Below, in pieces: positions 59,866 to 64,000 of a stretch of 64,000 nucleotides of DNA. The stretch is taken from the NCBI GenBank assembly GCA_050185275.1, contig JBFWZN010000010.1, positions 27,487 to 91,486 on the forward strand, in the 5' to 3' direction. Position numbers and translations under genes: made by a program. Within the stretch, counting starts at the first letter, position 1. Each line of letters opens with the position of its first letter. The notes under the pieces were generated by a model. That model was not told the origin of the DNA. It did not search any database and was given only the letters and a program-made list of their open reading frames with translations. Source of the stretch: Vicinamibacterales bacterium. Its GTDB lineage: Bacteria > Acidobacteriota > Vicinamibacteria > Vicinamibacterales > UBA2999.

Positions 59866-61401
59866 GTGAAGACAATCCTCATCGCCAACCGCGGCGAGAT
59901 TGCCGTGCGGATCATCCGGGCGTGTCGGGATCTGGGTCTCGGGACCGTGGCCGTGTACTCCGAGTGCGACCGCGCCGCCCTCCATGTCCGGATGGCGGAC
60001 CGGGCCTGCGCGATTGGCGGCAACAGTCCCGCCGACAGCTACCTGCACATCGAGCGCCTGGTGGCGGCGGCCCTCGGTGCGGGCGCTGACGCCGTACATC
60101 CCGGATACGGCTTCCTCTCGGAGCAGGCGGCCTTCGCCCGGGCGTGTCGCGACGCGGGCCTGGGCTTCGTGGGGCCCTCTCCCGAGGCCATTGGCCTCAT
60201 GGGCGACAAGGTGGCCGCGCGTCGCATCGCGGCATCCGCCGGCGTGCCCGTCGTGCCCGGTCTCGACGCGCCCTTGTCCCCGGATGCCTCCGACGACGCC
60301 GTGGTCGCCGCCGGCGCCACTGTCGGATACCCCCTGCTGGTGAAGGCCGTGGCTGGTGGAGGCGGGAAGGGCATGCGGGTCGCCGGCCTGCCGGACGAGC
60401 TGCTGCCCGCGATCCGTCTGGCGCGTTCGGAGGCGGCGACCGCCTTTGGGGACGGCACGATCTATCTGGAACGTCGGCTCGTGCGTCCCCGGCACATCGA
60501 GGTCCAGGTGCTGGCGGATGCTCACGGCACCGTGGTCCCGTTCGTCGAGCGCGAGTGCTCGGTCCAAAGGCGCCATCAGAAGGTGATCGAGGAGACGCCG
60601 TCGCCGGTCGTTGGCACCGACGTACGGCGCCGGATGGCGGAGGCAGCCGTGGCGGTGGCCAGGGCCGTCGGGTACGTGAACGCCGGAACGGTCGAATTCC
60701 TCCTCGACGGCGAGGAGCACTTCTACTTCCTCGAGATGAACACGCGCCTGCAGGTCGAGCACCCGGTCACCGAGCTCGTCACGGGCATCGACCTCGTCGC
60801 ATGGCAGTTGCGTATCGCCGCCGGAGAGCCGCTCGGCCTCGCGCCCGAGGCCCTGCTGACGCCCAGGGGCCACGCAATCGAGTGCCGGGTGTACGCCGAG
60901 GATCCGGATGCCGGATTCCTGCCCTCGCCCGGACGCATCAGTGCTCTGCGGAGGCCGGAAGGACCGGGGATCAGGCTCGACAGCGGCGTCACCGAGGGCA
61001 GCGACGTCCCGCTCTACTACGATCCGCTCCTGGCGAAGCTCAGCGTCTGGGGTGAGGACCGTGACCAGGCCATTGCGCGGCTGCGCCGTGCGCTCGACGA
61101 GTTCGAGGTCGTCGGCGTGAGCACGACGCTGCCGTTCTTCCGCTGGATGCTCCGTCAGCCCGTCTTCGGCTCCGCGGCCTACCACACGGCATACCTCGAC
61201 GACGTGCTGGCCTCGCGCAACGGCGAGCCCTTCTGGCCTGCCGGGCCAGGTGCCGGCGATGTGGCGGCCATCGCGGCGGCCCTGCGGTTGGCAGGCGCCG
61301 CGCGTGCTACGGTTGAGGGGGACGGCGAACCGGAGACGCCGCCCCAGGGCCGCGGCCCGGGCTGGCGACACGTCGCACGCATCGAAGGGCTCCGCTCGTG
61401 A
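59866..61401 (+). CDS. accC: biotin carboxylase subunit of acetyl/propionyl-CoA carboxylase
   Basis: From GTG 59866: VKTILIANRGEIAVRIIRACRDLG, with GYGFLSE, an ATP-grasp GGGGKGMRV, and EMNTRLQVEHPVTE. Confidence 0.92.
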   Translation: MKTILIANRGEIAVRIIRACRDLGLGTVAVYSECDRAALHVRMADRACAIGGNSPADSYLHIERLVAAALGAGADAVHPGYGFLSEQAAFARACRDAGLGFVGPSPEAIGLMGDKVAARRIAASAGVPVVPGLDAPLSPDASDDAVVAAGATVGYPLLVKAVAGGGGKGMRVAGLPDELLPAIRLARSEAATAFGDGTIYLERRLVRPRHIEVQVLADAHGTVVPFVERECSVQRRHQKVIEETPSPVVGTDVRRRMAEAAVAVARAVGYVNAGTVEFLLDGEEHFYFLEMNTRLQVEHPVTELVTGIDLVAWQLRIAAGEPLGLAPEALLTPRGHAIECRVYAEDPDAGFLPSPGRISALRRPEGPGIRLDSGVTEGSDVPLYYDPLLAKLSVWGEDRDQAIARLRRALDEFEVVGVSTTLPFFRWMLRQPVFGSAAYHTAYLDDVLASRNGEPFWPAGPGAGDVAAIAAALRLAGAARATVEGDGEPETPPQGRGPGWRHVARIEGLRS

Positions 61402-61949
61402 TGTTCTCCATCGAGGTCAACGGCCGCGCGCGGCGGGTGGACGTGATCCGGGAGCCGCAGCGCCTGACCGTGATGCTCGATGGCGAGCGCTTTGCTGTGG
61501 ACCTCCGCCGGACCCACGACGGCTGGTCGTTGCTGCTCGCCGGCCTGCCGGCAGAGTCGGAGGCGTATCCAGCGGTCAGCCGCAGCCATCGCGTGTCGTT
61601 CGCCGGCGATTTTCCAGGAAGCGGCCTGGTCCGTGTCGACGGGCAGCCGGTCGGGGTCGTGTCCGGACGCGCCCGGCACGGAAGCCCGGGCGGACTCCCG
61701 GCACCTGCCGACAGCGGGTCGGGGGCTGCGCCGGGCGCCCTCACGGTGCGGGCGCCGATGCCGGGTCGTGTGGCCCGCGTGCTCGTGACGGCAGGGGAGC
61801 ACGTGCGGGCGCGCCAGGGACTCGTGGTGGTGGAAGCGATGAAGATGGAGAACGAACTGCGGGCGCCGCGCGAGGGTGTCGTGCGCGAAGTGCTCGTGCG
61901 GGCCGGCGCGTCGGTAGACGCCAGAGCCCCCCTCGTCGTGATGGACTGA
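61398..61949 (+). CDS. biotin carboxyl carrier (biotin/lipoyl attachment) protein
   Basis: C-terminal VVVEAMKMENELRAP biotinylation motif. The start overlaps the accC stop (GTGA). Confidence 0.85.
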   Translation: MMFSIEVNGRARRVDVIREPQRLTVMLDGERFAVDLRRTHDGWSLLLAGLPAESEAYPAVSRSHRVSFAGDFPGSGLVRVDGQPVGVVSGRARHGSPGGLPAPADSGSGAAPGALTVRAPMPGRVARVLVTAGEHVRARQGLVVVEAMKMENELRAPREGVVREVLVRAGASVDARAPLVVMD

Positions 61950-61983
61950 ACCCGGCGGACGGAGCGAAACGAGTCACGATTCA

Positions 61984-64000
61984 GTGAAGAAGATTCTCAG
62001 CCACCCGATCACGCGAGGCACCCGCCGTGCAATCCGCACGGCCATGATGACGTGCGCGATCCTGCTGGCGGTGGCGTTCGTCACCTCGCTGACCGTGGAT
62101 CTCGGGCCCGTGCTGCGTGCCCAGGCCGAGTCGGCCGGCTCACGGTTCATCGAGCGCCCGATGCGGATCGGTCGTTTGTCCATCCATCTGTTCCGGGGCC
62201 GGTTCGTGGTCGAGGATCTCGTCATCGATGGGCTCGAACCCGACGCCCGTCCGTTCCTGGTGGCGCGCCGGATCGACGTCTCCATGCCCTGGAGTACGCT
62301 CGTGAACCGTCGGATCGTCTTCGACGCGATCGAGATGGTCGACTGGCGGATGTTCGTGGAGATGCGTCCCGACGGCCAGCACAACTTCCCGCGCTTCACC
62401 CGCGGCGGCGCCCCCAGGGGCCAGAGCGCGTGGACGACCACGCTGTCTTACATCCGCGCCTCGCGGGGCGAGTTCACCTACGAGGACTACGGCACGCCGT
62501 GGAGCACCGTGGCCCGAAACCTCGAGGTGACGGTGACGCGCCCCACCTCCGAGTACCGCGGCCAGGCGAGCTTCTCCGACGGGACGGTGCGTATCCAGGG
62601 CTACGAACCGATGCGGGCCGACATGCGCACCGCGTTCCGGATCGTGGATGGGCAGATCCTCCTGCAGCGCATCGACCTCGACACCGACGGCGCCCGCTCG
62701 GTGCTCACCGGCGAAGTGGACATGAACCGCTGGCCCGAGCAGACGTATCACGTGCAGTCCCGCATCGACTTCCCGCGCATGCGCGAGATCTTCTTCGCCC
62801 GTGACACCTTCTCGCTCTTCGGCACGGGCGACTTCACCGGCACCTTTCATCTCTTCAAGGAGACGATCGGGGACCGGACCCGCACGGGCCGTGAACTGAC
62901 GGGCACGTTCCGCTCCGCGATGGCCGGCGTCAACGCGTACCGGTTCGGCAACCTGCGCGGCGCGGTCCGGTGGGTCCCCGAGTTCATGGAGGTGACGGGG
63001 GCGAAGGCGACCTTCTTCGACGGCGACGCCGGCTTCAGCTTCCGCATGGCGCCGCTCGGCGATCCCGACGTGGGCGCCACCGCCAGCTTCGACGCGGAGT
63101 ACACCGGCGTCGATCTCCAGGCGCTCACCGCGTTCCACGAGCTCGAAGGCATCCGCCTCGACGGGCGGGCCTCGGGACGAAACCTCCTGGAGTGGCCGCT
63201 CGGCGACTTCTCCGGCCACCGCGGCGAGGGCACGATGGAGGTGGAGCCTCCGCCTGGCGTCACCCTGATGACCCGCAGCGTGCCGCAGGCGTTGATCGAC
63301 CGCAAGGCACGGCTCGGGGAGGCCTGGGGACCGTTCAGCAACCACACGCCGACCGAGCCGGTCGCCGTGGGAGGCCATCTCGCCTACCGCTTCGATCCGG
63401 AGTGGCTGGATCTCGAACCGAGCCGCGTGGCCACCACCGAGACCTACATCGAGTTCGAGGGGCGCACGGCGTACGGCGAACAGTCGCGCCTGCCCTTCCA
63501 CGTGACGAGCGCCGACTGGCAGGAGAGCGACCGGCTGCTCGCCGGCCTCATGACCGCCTTCGGCGCCCGGACCAACGCCGTCGAAGTGGGTGGCCACGGC
63601 ACGTTCGACGGCGTGATGCTCAACAGCTTCACGGCGCCGCGCATCGAGGGCCTCTTCACCGGCGACGCCATGAAGGCCTGGGACGTCACCTGGGGCGCGA
63701 TCTCGGGCTCGGCGGTCATCGAGAACGGCTACGTGGACGTGAACGACGTCACCATCGCCCAGGCGGGCGGCTCGATGACCGTGGGCGGGCGGTTCGCCGC
63801 GGGCTACCCGCGCCGCGACGGGGGAGACGAGATCGATGCGATCGTGCAGGTCGAGCGGTGGCCGCTCGCCGACTTGCGGCACGCCTTCCAGCTGGATGAC
63901 TACCCGGTCGAGGGGCGCCTGTCGGGCGAGTACCACCTCTTCGGGCGGTACGAGACGCCGTTCGGGTTCGGCTCCATGCGCATCGACGAGGGCCGGGCGT
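61984..64000 (+). CDS. TamB/AsmA-like large envelope protein (N-terminal ~672 aa; continues past the window)
   Basis: Own translation from GTG 61984 reads VKKILSHPITRGTRRAIRTAMMTCAILLAVAFVTSLTV (a single N-terminal TM). A long beta-rich region without stops then runs to 64000. It is not in the ORF track because it has no stop. Confidence 0.55.
   Translation, partial: MKKILSHPITRGTRRAIRTAMMTCAILLAVAFVTSLTVDLGPVLRAQAESAGSRFIERPMRIGRLSIHLFRGRFVVEDLVIDGLEPDARPFLVARRIDVSMPWSTLVNRRIVFDAIEMVDWRMFVEMRPDGQHNFPRFTRGGAPRGQSAWTTTLSYIRASRGEFTYEDYGTPWSTVARNLEVTVTRPTSEYRGQASFSDGTVRIQGYEPMRADMRTAFRIVDGQILLQRIDLDTDGARSVLTGEVDMNRWPEQTYHVQSRIDFPRMREIFFARDTFSLFGTGDFTGTFHLFKETIGDRTRTGRELTGTFRSAMAGVNAYRFGNLRGAVRWVPEFMEVTGAKATFFDGDAGFSFRMAPLGDPDVGATASFDAEYTGVDLQALTAFHELEGIRLDGRASGRNLLEWPLGDFSGHRGEGTMEVEPPPGVTLMTRSVPQALIDRKARLGEAWGPFSNHTPTEPVAVGGHLAYRFDPEWLDLEPSRVATTETYIEFEGRTAYGEQSRLPFHVTSADWQESDRLLAGLMTAFGARTNAVEVGGHGTFDGVMLNSFTAPRIEGLFTGDAMKAWDVTWGAISGSAVIENGYVDVNDVTIAQAGGSMTVGGRFAAGYPRRDGGDEIDAIVQVERWPLADLRHAFQLDDYPVEGRLSGEYHLFGRYETPFGFGSMRIDEGRA

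Noticed and set aside
62140-63936. 598-aa minus-strand ORF, the only long ORF listed for 62-64 kb.
   Set aside because: The + strand frame starting at GTG 61984 is open to the end of the window. It encodes a plausible N-terminal TM segment plus a beta-rich envelope protein. It is missing from the track only because it has no stop. The minus ORF is compositionally junk-like.

Overview
High-GC chromosomal window with very dense coding: by my tally about 4.8 kb is intergenic. The organism is a diderm bacterium, judged from LpxC, an MlaF-like ABC ATPase, a TamB/AsmA-like protein and many lipobox lipoproteins. The gene repertoire (PEGA, TPR, several sigma-54 activators, ECF sigma factors) is reminiscent of Acidobacteriota-like soil bacteria, but that taxon is only a guess. 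I call 63 protein-coding genes and one decayed gene. I recognised no rRNA, tRNA, CRISPR array, transposase or prophage genes.

Layout:
- 1-7.9 kb: a same-strand run of small detoxification or modification-type enzymes.
- 8-13.8 kb: miscellaneous hydrolases.
- 14-18.2 kb: a peptidoglycan-remodelling neighbourhood (M48-LysM protease, mtgA, an unknown HExxH protein, NlpC/P60).
- 18.3-28.9 kb: HNH endonuclease, a beta-propeller protein, an APC permease, uvrA, lpxC, an ECF sigma-STAS operon, lysA and tmk.
- 29-34 kb (minus strand): rplU-rpmA-obg-nadD-rsfS-comF, ending in a GGDEF cyclase.
- 35.4-41.5 kb: dprA-topA-trmFO-xerC.
- 41.5-51.7 kb: a roughly 10 kb block (NtrC-type two-component pair, ABC-F ATPase, ECF sigma/anti-sigma module, permease, PEGA protein) separating xerC from hslVU.
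- 53.6-64 kb: a secreted HExxH protein, a GAF-type sigma-54 activator, an FN3 lipoprotein, fsa, a three-gene acyl-CoA carboxylase and the start of a TamB-like protein.

Most notable:
- Three intergenic matches to the sigma-54 promoter core TGGC-N7-TTGC, each correctly oriented in front of a gene (PEGA protein, secreted HELQH protein, lpxC), together with two enhancer-binding proteins in the window.
- An ECF sigma factor translationally coupled to a STAS antagonist and a 92-aa acidic protein, with no recognisable anti-sigma factor or kinase.
- A 157-nt nested inverted repeat in a convergent gap.
- Three AT-rich islands (36-45% GC by hand count).
- Several -10-like hexamers placed 6-10 nt before start codons that lack Shine-Dalgarno sequences.

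All calls rest on reading the sequence and recalling family motifs. No database search was run.
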